Below, piece after piece: positions 1 to 8,928 of a stretch of DNA of 64,000 nt. The stretch's first letter is position 1. The number at the start of each line of letters is the position of its first letter. Source of the DNA: an uncultured Actinomycetota bacterium. Lineage in GTDB: Bacteria > Actinomycetota > Actinomycetes > S36-B12 > UBA10799. The stretch lies in assembly GCA_963732355.1 (NCBI GenBank), contig CAVSZD010000011.1, positions 210,527-274,526 of the forward strand, in the 5' to 3' direction. The notes beneath the pieces are model-generated. The model did not search any database. It saw only the letters and a list, made by a program, of their open reading frames with translations, and had not been told where the DNA came from. A program made the translations under genes and the position numbers.

Positions 1-1825
1 GCGCTGCCTCGAGGCGCTGGCGAAGGGCGGCCAGTTCGTCGCGAAGAGCCTGCGGAACCCGGTCGCCGAACTTGTCGAAGTACTCCTCGGTGAGGTCGCA
101 CTCGGCCAGCCAGCTCTGCGGGTCCACTGCGAACAGTTCGGTGAGCTGCTCGTCGGACATGCCCAGACCGTCGACGTACAGGTCGCCGTCCTTGGGTTTG
201 GCACCGATCGCGGTCGCCTCGGCGTCGGTGCGACCTTCGACGCGCTCGACGATCCAAGCCAGCACGCGGGAGTTCTCGCCGAATCCGGGCCAGATGAACT
301 TGCCGTTCTCATCCTTGCGGAACCAGTTGACCTGGTAGATCTTCGGCAACTTCTCCGGGTCGGCGGTCGCGCCGATCTTGAGCCAGTGGCCCCAGTAGTC
401 GGCCATGTTGTACCCGCAGAACGGGAGCATGGCGAAGGGGTCGCGGCGCAATTGGCCCATCCCGCCGACCGCAGCCGCGGTCATCTCCGAGGAGACCGTC
501 GCGCCGATGAACACACCGTGTGCCCAGTCGCGCGCTTCGTTGACCAGCGGCACGTTGGTGGCGCGGCGGCCACCGAACAGGATCGCCGAGATCGGCACAC
601 CCGCCGGGTCCTCCCAGTTGGGAGCGATCGAGGGGCACTGCGATGCCGGGGCGGTAAACCGGGCGTTCGGGTGGCTGCTCGGCTCGTCGGAGTCGGGGGT
701 CCAGTCCCGGCCCTTCCAGTCGATCAGGTGCGCCGGGGCCTCGTCGGTCAGGCCCTCCCACCAGATGTCACCGTCGTCGGTCAGCGCCACGTTGGTGTAG
801 ATGCTGTTCGCGTACAGCGACTTCACAGCGTTGGCGTTGGTCTTCAAGCCGGTTCCCGGCGCGACCCCGAAGAAGCCCGCCTCCGGGTTGATCGCGTAAA
901 GCCGGCCATCGTCACCGAAGCGCATCCAGGCGATGTCGTCACCGACGGTCTCGACCTTCCAACCCGGAACGGTCGGCTCGAGCATGGCGAGGTTCGTCTT
1001 GCCGCACGCGCTCGGGAAGGCAGCGGTGATGTACTTGACGTCGCCGTCGGGCGCGGTGAGTTTCAGGATCAGCATGTGCTCGGCCATCCAGCCCTCGTCG
1101 CGCGCCATCGCCGACGCGATCCGCAGAGCGAAGCACTTCTTGCCCAGCAGGGCGTTTCCGCCGTAGCCGGATCCGTACGACCAGATCTCGCGGGTCTCGG
1201 GGAAGTGCACGATGTACTTGGTGTCGTTGCACGGCCACGCGACGTCCTCGCGGGAGTTGCCGTCGGCGTCTACCAACGGGTACCCGACAGAGTGCAGTGC
1301 GGGGACGAAGTCGCCGTCCTCACCGATCAGGTCGAGTGCGGCTTGGCCCATGCGGGTCATGATCCGCATGTTGGCCACCACATAGGGAGAGTCGGTCAGC
1401 TCGACACCGAGTTGCGAGATGCGCGATCCGAGAGGACCCATCGAGAACGGGATGACGTACATCGTGCGTCCGCGCATGCAGCCCGCGAAGAGCTCCTTGA
1501 GCGTGACACGCATCTCGGCGGGTTCCTGCCAGTTGTTCGTGGGACCGGCATCCTGCTCGCGCAGCGAACAGATGAAGGTGCGGTCTTCGACGCGCGCGAC
1601 GTCGGAGGGGTCCGAGCGGGCAAGGAAGGAGTTGGGCCGCAGCTCGGGGTTGAGCCGGGTGAACGTGCCGCTGTCCACGAGGGCCTGCGTCATCCGCTCC
1701 CACTCGGCCTGCGAACCGTCACACCATTCGACGCGGTCGGGTTGGGTCAGGTTTGCGACCTCCTCGACCCACTCGAGCAGCTTCTTGTTCTTGGTGGGCG
1801 GGTTTTCCAAACCAGCAATGGTCAT
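1..1825 (-). CDS. pckG: GTP-dependent phosphoenolpyruvate carboxykinase, 3' end runs off window
   Basis: Not in the ORF track because there is no stop inside the window. Manual minus-strand translation from ATG (1825..1823) gives [23 protein letters not shown]... It contains the GTP-PEPCK signatures [22 protein letters not shown] and [13 protein letters not shown]. The + strand ORF 386..2017 is its antisense shadow. Confidence 0.9.
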   Translation of the reverse strand, partial: MTIAGLENPPTKNKKLLEWVEEVANLTQPDRVEWCDGSQAEWERMTQALVDSGTFTRLNPELRPNSFLARSDPSDVARVEDRTFICSLREQDAGPTNNWQEPAEMRVTLKELFAGCMRGRTMYVIPFSMGPLGSRISQLGVELTDSPYVVANMRIMTRMGQAALDLIGEDGDFVPALHSVGYPLVDADGNSREDVAWPCNDTKYIVHFPETREIWSYGSGYGGNALLGKKCFALRIASAMARDEGWMAEHMLILKLTAPDGDVKYITAAFPSACGKTNLAMLEPTVPGWKVETVGDDIAWMRFGDDGRLYAINPEAGFFGVAPGTGLKTNANAVKSLYANSIYTNVALTDDGDIWWEGLTDEAPAHLIDWKGRDWTPDSDEPSSHPNARFTAPASQCPSIAPNWEDPAGVPISAILFGGRRATNVPLVNEARDWAHGVFIGATVSSEMTAAAVGGMGQLRRDPFAMLPFCGYNMADYWGHWLKIGATADPEKLPKIYQVNWFRKDENGKFIWPGFGENSRVLAWIVERVEGRTDAEATAIGAKPKDGDLYVDGLGMSDEQLTELFAVDPQSWLAECDLTEEYFDKFGDRVPQALRDELAALRQRLEAA

Positions 1826-2044
1826 CAGTGCACTCCGTCTCCGCGCGGTACGGGACTAAGGCGCGAATCGGGCGCCGAAGGCTGCGCGAGGCCTGTGTTC
1901 AACAATGCCATGCCACCCGGTCGCACGCACCCTTGGGGTCGGGGCAGTCACCCGGCGTTCACCCACCGCCGGACGGTGCTCCGTTGGCGTGCGGAAGGCC
2001 ACATCTGTAAGGTCTGACGCGCTGTGTGCCGAAGGAGGGGTGTG

Positions 2045-2974
2045 ATGAAGTCAGCTATTGCGGCGGGCCTGATCTGCCTGGCAGTTGCGCCCGTTATGGC
2101 CACCCTGCCCAGTGCCGGCGAACCCACCTCATCCCCGGTTCCCAAGTCAAGCCCGGGCGGCCTCGGACAGTACGCCAAACCGGCCGGCGAGGTCGAAGGT
2201 TTTGCTGCCTACGTCCCCCAGACCAGTTGCGACCCCAAATGGCGCAAAGGCATCCGCCAATTCCGTGACCTGGTGATGAAGACCTACCCGCAGACCCAGG
2301 ACTGGGGATCCGAGCGCGACTGCACCGACGACGGGATCAGCGAGCACCTCGATGGCCGGGCCTGGGACTGGCACGCGGACGTCAAGGATCCCAAGGAATT
2401 CGCAGCGGCCACCGATCTATTGAACTGGCTCATGGCCAAGGGCCCGGACGGCGAGCAGGCCTATTGGGCACGCCGGCTCGGGATCATGTACATCGGCTAC
2501 AACAAGCGGATCTGGGGTTCGTACCGCGCATCGGAGGGCTGGCGCCGGCTGTCCAACTCCAACCCGCACACCGACCATGTCCACTTCTCCTTCTCGTGGG
2601 CGGGCGCCTTCGGCAAGACCAGTTTCTGGGACGGCACACCAGCCCGGGAGGACTACGGACCCTGTCGGCCCTACCAGGGCGAACCCGCACCGTTGCATCG
2701 CCGCTCGGACCCGACGAACCGTCCTTGCAGTTCCCCGCCGCCACTGACGCGCACTGCTGGCAAGTCCGGGCCACTGCTGTGGAGGGGCAGTGAGTCCGGC
2801 GAGGTTCTGACTGTGCAGAAGGCCCTGGGCGTCGAGTCGGCCAACAGCTACTTCGGGCCGCTGACCATGCGAGCGGTGGCCGACTACCAACGCGGCAAGT
2901 CACTGCCGGTCACCGGCGCCGTTGACACGCTCACCCGTGCCGCGCTGGTGGCGGACGGCACCCTCAAGCGCTAG
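2045..2974 (+). CDS. Secreted LAS (M15/VanY-like) zinc peptidase domain protein with C-terminal peptidoglycan-binding domain
   Basis: ORF 2024..2974. GAAGGAGG at 2031-2038 favours ATG 2045. The N-terminus MKSAIAAGLICLAVAPVMA is signal-like. SEHLDGRAWD and HTDHVHFS resemble LAS-family zinc ligand motifs. The C-terminal ~60 aa (VLTVQKALGV..FGPLTMRAVADYQ) looks like PG_binding_1. Confidence 0.7.
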   Translation: MKSAIAAGLICLAVAPVMATLPSAGEPTSSPVPKSSPGGLGQYAKPAGEVEGFAAYVPQTSCDPKWRKGIRQFRDLVMKTYPQTQDWGSERDCTDDGISEHLDGRAWDWHADVKDPKEFAAATDLLNWLMAKGPDGEQAYWARRLGIMYIGYNKRIWGSYRASEGWRRLSNSNPHTDHVHFSFSWAGAFGKTSFWDGTPAREDYGPCRPYQGEPAPLHRRSDPTNRPCSSPPPLTRTAGKSGPLLWRGSESGEVLTVQKALGVESANSYFGPLTMRAVADYQRGKSLPVTGAVDTLTRAALVADGTLKR

Positions 2975-3802
2975 ACACCAGTGCCCGGCGGGGATCGGTT
3001 GGTCACTGCGCCAAGAGCGTTCTGTCCCGTCCAACGGCCAGCCCGGACCCCAGTAGCCGCAACAAGCCGCAGTCTTGGTCGGCCTGGTCACCAAGCCCGG
3101 TCGCCTCACCGGCAAACCGCAGCCACACGTGCCCTCCAGCCAGCGCGAAACCTCGACTTGGCGGCACGCCCCGCATGCCGGGCACATGATTCGGATTCCG
3201 TTGGAGACGATCTGGGTGGCCGGAATCGATTCCTGCCAGGCGCACGTCCCGCTCAGCAAGGCCTGCACGAGAGTGCGCAGGGCCACGCTTCGTCCGCACA
3301 CCCGGGTGACTGGCTCGGCCGACCACTGCGTGACGGCGAAGACCGGCAACTGCTTGCCCATCTCGTATCCGGCGGGGACCTGGCGTACGAACCAGACGCA
3401 GCGGATGCCCGCGTTCGCGTACACACTCTGACGCCGCTGGTATTCGCGCAGAGTCTGACGTGACCTCTGCACCTCCAGCGCCACGGTGGTATCACCCTTG
3501 CGCGCGAGGACATCGGCGATAAAGCCCTCCCCCGGAACCTCAGCGGCCGACTGCCAACCCGCTGCTGCCGCGGCTTGCAGCGCGACGGCCTTGCCGTGCA
3601 GATGTTCGGCCGATTCGGGTCTGTGGGCTGCGCACTGACTCTCGTGCACGAAGTGCTGGGTCCCCAAAGGGGACACCCGGGGGAAGCCTTTGTGCCCACA
3701 CGGGGTCAGACGGATGTCGTGTCCACGCAGCCCTGCCCAAGCGTTCGAATCGAGTAGGGGCGCGCACACCAGCGTTCCGTCGACATCGGCGCTGAGAGGC
3801 AT
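2900..3802 (-). CDS. CoiA-like (competence protein CoiA family) putative nuclease with Cys-rich C-terminal region
   Basis: ORF track. The pattern HFVHES..ESAEHLHGK..IADVLA..VALEVQRS..YANAGIRCVWFV matches the CoiA-family motif order. The tail is Cys-rich (CPACGAC, CGCG, CCGYW). The last 75 nt overlap the convergent gene 2045..2974. Confidence 0.55.
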   Translation of the reverse strand: MPLSADVDGTLVCAPLLDSNAWAGLRGHDIRLTPCGHKGFPRVSPLGTQHFVHESQCAAHRPESAEHLHGKAVALQAAAAAGWQSAAEVPGEGFIADVLARKGDTTVALEVQRSRQTLREYQRRQSVYANAGIRCVWFVRQVPAGYEMGKQLPVFAVTQWSAEPVTRVCGRSVALRTLVQALLSGTCAWQESIPATQIVSNGIRIMCPACGACRQVEVSRWLEGTCGCGLPVRRPGLVTRPTKTAACCGYWGPGWPLDGTERSWRSDQPIPAGHWCLALEGAVRHQRGTGERVNGAGDRQ

Positions 3803-3860
3803 GCTCCAAGGACTACGTCAGTCCAGGTTTAAGCGGAAGTGCCCTGACTGAATCTGTGGA

Positions 3861-4397
3861 TTACTTGTAGTACGGCGGGGCCCAGCCGAGGTAAGGACCC
3901 CAGTCGTTCATCTTGCGCCAGTTGATCTCCTTGACGGAGCCGTCCGGCATGTTGGTCACGGCCTTGTCGTCACCGACGTATGTGGCGATGTGTCCGGACG
4001 AGTGACCGGGGTCCCAGAACATCTGCGCACCGATGGGCGGTTCTGGATCCTTCAAGTGTGCAATGTCGGCATCTTTGGCCCGGTGCCACTGGGCGAAGGC
4101 ATTGGACAGTCGAGGGCCTTTGGGCATGTAGGCGTCATCGGCCAGCTTCAGACACTGACCCCAGTAGCCGGTCGTCTTGTCCTGCGCCAGTTCGCGCAGG
4201 TATTTGACTGCTTGCTGAGGCGTTCGGGTTGTTCCGGTCGGGCGCATGACTTCGCTGCGCGAGACTGGCCGCTCCCGAGCGACGATCGACCATGCGGCTT
4301 CTGCTTCACTGCCCACGCCGACGTTGGTATCGGCCAGCGCGGGGCTGGCAGCGAATACCGTGGCAACGATCATCCCCCCGCACAAAATGCGGTTCAT
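3861..4397 (-). CDS. Secreted Cys-His (NlpC/P60- or CHAP-like) putative cell-wall hydrolase, paralogue A
   Basis: ORF track. GGAG lies 6 nt upstream of the ATG. Signal peptide ..AASPALA. Conserved GQCLKLADDAY..AQW.RAK..P.GAQMFW..GHIATYVGD.KAVTNMP.GSV..W...N.WGPYLGWA.PYY, shared with 7506..8129 and 8292..8870. Confidence 0.6.
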   Translation of the reverse strand: MNRILCGGMIVATVFAASPALADTNVGVGSEAEAAWSIVARERPVSRSEVMRPTGTTRTPQQAVKYLRELAQDKTTGYWGQCLKLADDAYMPKGPRLSNAFAQWHRAKDADIAHLKDPEPPIGAQMFWDPGHSSGHIATYVGDDKAVTNMPDGSVKEINWRKMNDWGPYLGWAPPYYK

Positions 4398-4453
4398 GAT
4401 CTCCAGTCAGCCATGATCCGCAACGTTGCGTTGTGAAATGTTGGTGATCTTGG

Positions 4454-5672
4454 TCACAAAGGCGGCGGTACAGATCGGGCATCCCGGACAAGTAGTAACG
4501 AAGCGACCAGTGCGGCCAGTGCGATCATCGCGAAACCGGCCGCGAACCCGAGCCCAGCAACGACCGCGCCAACCACGAGATTGGTGAGCGCACCACCGGC
4601 CTGCAGGGCGAGGCTTTCCACCGACAGCATCGTCGCTCGCACCGCCGAATCCACACGGGCGTGCAACAACCCCGCCATCACCGGACCTTGCAGCCCGATC
4701 CCCAGGTAGACGAGCAGAAAGCCGCCCGAGGCGACCAGCACGGAGGGGACCGAGATGGCGAGGACGGCAACAGCGATCAGCAGGAAGGCAAGGGTTGCCA
4801 GCCGCACCCGCGGACCAGGGATGCGGGTACTGAGGGCCGCACCGGCCGCCGCCACTGCGAAGGCTGACGCTGTGAGGACACCGTAGATCCCGGACACCGC
4901 GGTCGGGTCCGATACCAGCGCATTGAAGCGGTTGGGGCTCAAGGAGTTCGACACCGCTGAGGATCACGCCGAGCGCTGCCGCCACGAGCATCACGCGGCG
5001 CACGCCCGGCTGGGTGATCGCCGATCGGGTCGCCGCCAGGACCGTGCCGGCCAGACCCGAGTCGGCCTCGGCAGCCGGCTCATGGCGCAGCAACACCGCA
5101 GCGGCCACGACGAAGACCAGGGTCACCGCCGAAGCGCAGAAGAACGGGATGGACAACGCGATCACACCCTGCCCGTCGGCCGGCAGAGCAGTCGCCAGGC
5201 GCGGGAGGAACCCGCCGATGATGCTGCCCAACCCCAGGGCGAGGGACTCTGCGATCTGCCCACGGGCCAGCCCCACTTCAACGGCTGGGTCGGTGCTTTC
5301 GGCGAAACCGTCCACGAACCACGACTCGAGCGGGCCCGACGACAGAGCGCGGGCTGCCCCCAGCGCCGCGGTTGCGGCGAGGATCACGCCCATCTGCCCA
5401 GAGAGGCCCAAAGTCAGCAGGGCCACGGCATTGACCAGCCCGGAGATCATGACCACACGGCGACGGCCCCAGGTGTCAGCCAGACCACCGGTCGGCAACT
5501 CCAGGCTCAACGTGACGACCCCGTACAGCGCCATGACCTGCCCCACCCGGTCGATCGGCAGCCCGCGGGCCCCGAGCATCAGGATCAGGACCGGGATCAC
5601 CAAACCGACCGGGAACCAGCGCAACGCGCTGAGCAGCGCGAGGCGGGTCGCCGGCTTCATCGTCACGGGCAA
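4454..5672 (-). pseudogene. MFS transporter, reading frame broken once (~4934-4946)
   Basis: ORF 4407..5672 is MFS-like up to ..AALGVILSGVELL and then becomes Arg/Gly-rich nonsense. ORF 4454..4954 in another frame continues SPNRFNALVSDP.. with further TM helices. Removing one G from CTTGAGCCCC restores ..VELLSPNRFN.. Confidence 0.75.
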
Positions 5673-5703
5673 ACGCTATGCCATGACATGTCCGGCGAAC
5701 CGT

Positions 5704-5777
5704 TGGTTAGAGGTTGTGCTGTTGGTTAGCGAAACAACGCGTGGATTCGCTAACCAGGAGCACAACCTCTAACGCGG
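5704..5777. repeat. Palindromic intergenic element, copy A (28-nt arms, 12-nt loop, 2 arm mismatches)
   Basis: Left arm 5706-5733 gttagaggttgtgctgttggttagcgaa. Loop acaacgcgtgga. Right arm 5746-5773. It is near-identical to 18375-18442. It lies between the SulP stop (5790) and the MFS start (5672). Confidence 0.85.
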
Positions 5778-5789
5778 GCCGCAAAGCCA

Positions 5790-7463
5790 CTAGGCCCGTG
5801 CCGACCGGTAGGCCTCGACCAACGTCGGCAGTGTCGGGTAGACGTGCTCGCCACCGATCAGGTCGAGCGTGCCCGCGCTCTGCAACTCCTCCACCAATTC
5901 GCTCTTTGCCCGCACCAGGACGAAGTGCACACCGGCGGCACGCAACTCCTCGGCCAACGCCTCCACGGCGTCGACCCCAGTGGAGTCGATCTCGATGATT
6001 GCCTCGCATTGCAGCGCGAACCATTGCAGGCCAGGCATCCGCTCGCCGATCATCTCGCGCGCCTTGGCCAAGAAGTGGTCGGCGTTGGCGAAGAAGAGCG
6101 GCGAGTCGTAACGGAAGATCAGAAGCCCCGGCTCCTCCTCTGCGTTGTCAAAATCACCGATGTCATGCATCCCCGCCAGACCAGGGACAAACCCCAGCGC
6201 GGCGAAGTGCGGACGGGCGACCTCGACCAGAAGCAGAAGGACCGACAGCGCCACCGCGATCAGCACGCCGTACAGGACACCGAACACCAGCACACCGGCG
6301 GTGGTGGTTGTCGCCACCCAGAACTCCGAGCGCCGGAACCGCCAGAGCCGCCGGAAGTCGTTCACATCGATCAGCAGGATCGCCGCGTAGACGACCAGCG
6401 CGCCGAGCGCCGCCTGTGGCACCACCTCGAGGATCGGTCCGGCCACAAGGAGCACGATCGCCAGGAACAGCGCGGCGGCGATCGAGTAGCCCTGCGAGGT
6501 GGCCCCCGATGCCCTGGCCACAGCTGAGCGGCTGCCACTGGTCGAGACGGGCATCCCCTGGAAGAGCCCGGAGCCGATGTTTGCAAACGACAGCGCCCGC
6601 AGTTCGGTGGCCGGCTTGAGCGGCGGATCATCGAGGCGGTGGAAGGATCTGCCGGTCAAGGTCGAGTCGGCATATGCCACGATGAGCACCCCCAGTGCCG
6701 CCAGCGCAATCTCGGGTAGAACGTCCACCGGCATTGCGGGGATCTTCGGCGAAGGTAGCCCGGCCGGGATGTCCCCCAACAGTTCGACCGCGTTTCCTGT
6801 GACGTTGAGTAGCCAGGCGACAACCACCCCGAGAAACAGAGAGATCAGTGGCGCGAACGCCCGCCACCTCGTGCGACTGGCAATCACCAGGCTCACGAGA
6901 ACACAGCCGGCGGTCATCATGGCTGACCATTGCGGACTCGCGTCCAGAAGCAACAGGCCGTGCTCGAAGACCGTGTCCGAGTCTGGCGTTGAGGTGCCCA
7001 GCACTCGATCGATCTGGCTGTTGATCATCAACACCGCGATACCAGCCATGTACCCAACCAGGATGGGCCGTGAGAGCAGGTCGGCGATGAACGAAAGCCG
7101 CAGGATGCCCGCCACTAGCCCGGCCAGCCCGACGGCCAACGCCAGGGCCGCTGCGGCGGTGGCAGGCGTGGCTTGTCCGGCCGCGACCAAAGGCACGATC
7201 AGTGCCGAGGCCATCACCGCCACACTGGACTCGGGACCGAAACTCAGCCATCGGGATGTCCCGAGCAGCGCGTAGACGGGAAGGGCGATCAGGGCTCCCC
7301 ATAGCCCGGTCACCGGCGAGAGCCCAGCGATGATCGCGTAGGCCATGACCTGTGGGACGAGATAGGCAGTGACGGTCAAACCGGCGATCAGGTTGTGCCG
7401 CCCAAATGGCTGCAGGTGGTCACCCAATCCGGGTAACCACCTGCTCAAGAACGAGCCATTCAC
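5790..7463 (-). CDS. SulP family anion (sulfate/bicarbonate) transporter with C-terminal STAS domain
   Basis: 557-aa ORF. N-terminal LIAGLTVTAYLVPQVMAYAIIAGLSP and many TM segments. The C-terminal region LLIFRYDSPLFFANADHF...IDSTGVDAVEAL is STAS-like. Confidence 0.9.
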   Translation of the reverse strand: MNGSFLSRWLPGLGDHLQPFGRHNLIAGLTVTAYLVPQVMAYAIIAGLSPVTGLWGALIALPVYALLGTSRWLSFGPESSVAVMASALIVPLVAAGQATPATAAAALALAVGLAGLVAGILRLSFIADLLSRPILVGYMAGIAVLMINSQIDRVLGTSTPDSDTVFEHGLLLLDASPQWSAMMTAGCVLVSLVIASRTRWRAFAPLISLFLGVVVAWLLNVTGNAVELLGDIPAGLPSPKIPAMPVDVLPEIALAALGVLIVAYADSTLTGRSFHRLDDPPLKPATELRALSFANIGSGLFQGMPVSTSGSRSAVARASGATSQGYSIAAALFLAIVLLVAGPILEVVPQAALGALVVYAAILLIDVNDFRRLWRFRRSEFWVATTTTAGVLVFGVLYGVLIAVALSVLLLLVEVARPHFAALGFVPGLAGMHDIGDFDNAEEEPGLLIFRYDSPLFFANADHFLAKAREMIGERMPGLQWFALQCEAIIEIDSTGVDAVEALAEELRAAGVHFVLVRAKSELVEELQSAGTLDLIGGEHVYPTLPTLVEAYRSARA

Positions 7464-7505
7464 GTCCCAATATTGCCCGAAACGTGCCTGGCCTCGTCTG
7501 CTGAA

Positions 7506-8129
7506 CTACGAGCCGTAATACGGGTTGGCCCAGCCGAGGTAAGGGCCCCACTCGTTGAGTTCGTGCCAATCGACGATCTCGACGCTGCCGCCGGGCATGT
7601 TGGTGACGACCTTGCCGTCGCCCACATACGTGGCGATGTGACCGGCCGGGTGAGAGGTCTGCCAGAACATCTGGGCCCCGACAGGGATGTCGCGGCTGTC
7701 CGGGTGACCCACACCAGCGGCCTTCGCGCGGCTCCATTGGGCTAGGGCTGTGGTCGTCCGGTTGGAGCCACCGTAGGCGTCATCGGCAAGCTTCAGGCAC
7801 AGGTTGGGGTAGCCGCCCATCCCCTGATTCGCCCACGCCTTGAGAGTGCTCACAGCCTGCTTCGCGGTGTTGGCAGTGCCGTATGTGCGAAGCCCGGCGC
7901 TGCGGGCGGCGCGCTTCTGTTCACGGATACTGTCCTTCTTGGCCCAGCCAGCTGCCTGCTGGAAGTCGGTGTCCCCACCGACTTGTAGGGTCGGGGCACC
8001 CACGGCGCTGACCGACGAGATGTTGCTGGCTGGAAGTGCGGGGGTCTGCGGGGTCATCGCGGCCACAGACGTGGCGAAGAGCGGCAGGGTGAGTGCGCTT
8101 GCCACCATTGAGACGGTGCTGCGCTGCAT
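7506..8129 (-). CDS. Secreted Cys-His putative cell-wall hydrolase, paralogue B
   Basis: ORF 7506..8177. GGAG lies ~10 nt upstream of the internal ATG at 8129, which begins the signal-like MQRSTVSMVASALTLPLFATSVAA. C-terminal domain: NLCLKLADDAY..GAQMFWQTSHPAGHIATYVGDGKVVTNMPGGSVE. Confidence 0.6.
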   Translation of the reverse strand: MQRSTVSMVASALTLPLFATSVAAMTPQTPALPASNISSVSAVGAPTLQVGGDTDFQQAAGWAKKDSIREQKRAARSAGLRTYGTANTAKQAVSTLKAWANQGMGGYPNLCLKLADDAYGGSNRTTTALAQWSRAKAAGVGHPDSRDIPVGAQMFWQTSHPAGHIATYVGDGKVVTNMPGGSVEIVDWHELNEWGPYLGWANPYYGS

Positions 8130-8247
8130 CGGATTCAACTCCAAAATTTGTTGAGAAAGACCTTGCATCCACGTCATGCCCGACCTCGCCGGCGCCTACT
8201 CGTGAACTAACTCACGCAATCCGTGTGGCCCACGTCACGGACATGAC

Positions 8248-8280
8248 GATGGCCCGGCACCAGTTCGGTGCCGGGCCATC
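8248..8280 (-). terminator. GC-rich hairpin downstream of paralogue C
   Basis: Perfect 13-bp stem gatggcccggcac / gtgccgggccatc with a 7-nt loop, starting 11 nt after the stop at 8292. No clear U-tract. Confidence 0.45.
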
Positions 8281-8291
8281 GTTTGGCGGGA

Positions 8292-8870
8292 TTAGCCGTA
8301 GTACGGTTCGGCCCACCCGAGGTACTTGCCCCAGGAGTTCATCATCTTCCAGTTGACCTTCTTGACCTTGCCGCCGGGCATGTTGGTCACGGCCTTGCCG
8401 TTACCGACGTAGGTTGCGATGTGGCCGGCGGGGTTGGAGGTTCGCCAGAACATCTGCGCACCAACCGGGGGTTTGCGGTTGCCAGAGTGGCCGTAGCCCT
8501 TCTTCTTGGCCCGCTGCCACTGGTTCAGAGCAGTGCTGGTGCGGTTGCCGTTGGGCTGGTAGGCGTTGTCGGCCAAGCGAAGGCACTGGTTGTGATACCC
8601 GCTGGTGCCGCGTTTGGCCCAGGCCTCGAGACGATTGGCCGCCTTCGTGGGGCTGTAACGGGTCCCCTTGGTCCGCATGGACACACCAGCGGCACGGGAG
8701 CTGCGCTTCTTTGCGGCGGTGCGCTTCTTGTTCTTCTGCTTCTCCTTGGCCGCGGCCACAGCGGACACCGACGACGGGGTCACGGGGGCGGCAGAGGCCG
8801 GGGCCGCGGCGAAGCCGGTCAGCATGACCGGCAGTGCGACCGCACCGGCGACGAGGATCTTGGCGTTCAT
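8292..8870 (-). CDS. Secreted Cys-His putative cell-wall hydrolase, paralogue C (basic Lys-rich linker)
   Basis: ORF 8292..8915. AGGAG lies ~10 nt upstream of ATG 8870, which begins MNAKILVAGAVALPVMLTGFAAAPASA. Linker KEKQKNKKRTAAKKRSS. Domain NQCLRLADNAY..GAQMFWRTSNPAGHIATYVGNGKAVTNMPGG. Confidence 0.6.
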   Translation of the reverse strand: MNAKILVAGAVALPVMLTGFAAAPASAAPVTPSSVSAVAAAKEKQKNKKRTAAKKRSSRAAGVSMRTKGTRYSPTKAANRLEAWAKRGTSGYHNQCLRLADNAYQPNGNRTSTALNQWQRAKKKGYGHSGNRKPPVGAQMFWRTSNPAGHIATYVGNGKAVTNMPGGKVKKVNWKMMNSWGKYLGWAEPYYG

Positions 8871-8877
8871 TGTCTTG

Positions 8878-8928
8878 GGCTCCTGAGGGTTTGGATCTCT
8901 TGACACCCTCGTCATGCCCTCAGGAGCC
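8878..8928 (-). promoter_or_regulatory. 5' leader hairpin sequestering the Shine-Dalgarno of paralogue C
   Basis: On the mRNA strand, GGCUCCUGAGGG (8928-8917) is perfectly complementary to CCCUCAGGAGCC (8889-8878). The latter contains the AGGAG SD, 7 nt before the AUG. The loop is 27 nt and contains GAGGGU, which could pair alternatively with ACCCUC. Confidence 0.3.

Noticed and set aside
386-2017. 543-aa + strand ORF, the longest call at the left edge
   Set aside because: It is Arg/Gly/His-rich with no motif. It lies exactly antisense to a clean GTP-PEPCK reading frame on the minus strand, so it is a high-G+C shadow ORF.
5714-5998. ORFs 5714..5998 and 18383..19180 share the N-terminus MCCWLAKQRVDSLT, suggesting a small gene family
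   Set aside because: The shared peptide is the translation of the palindromic repeat. Downstream sequences are unrelated and antisense to real genes.
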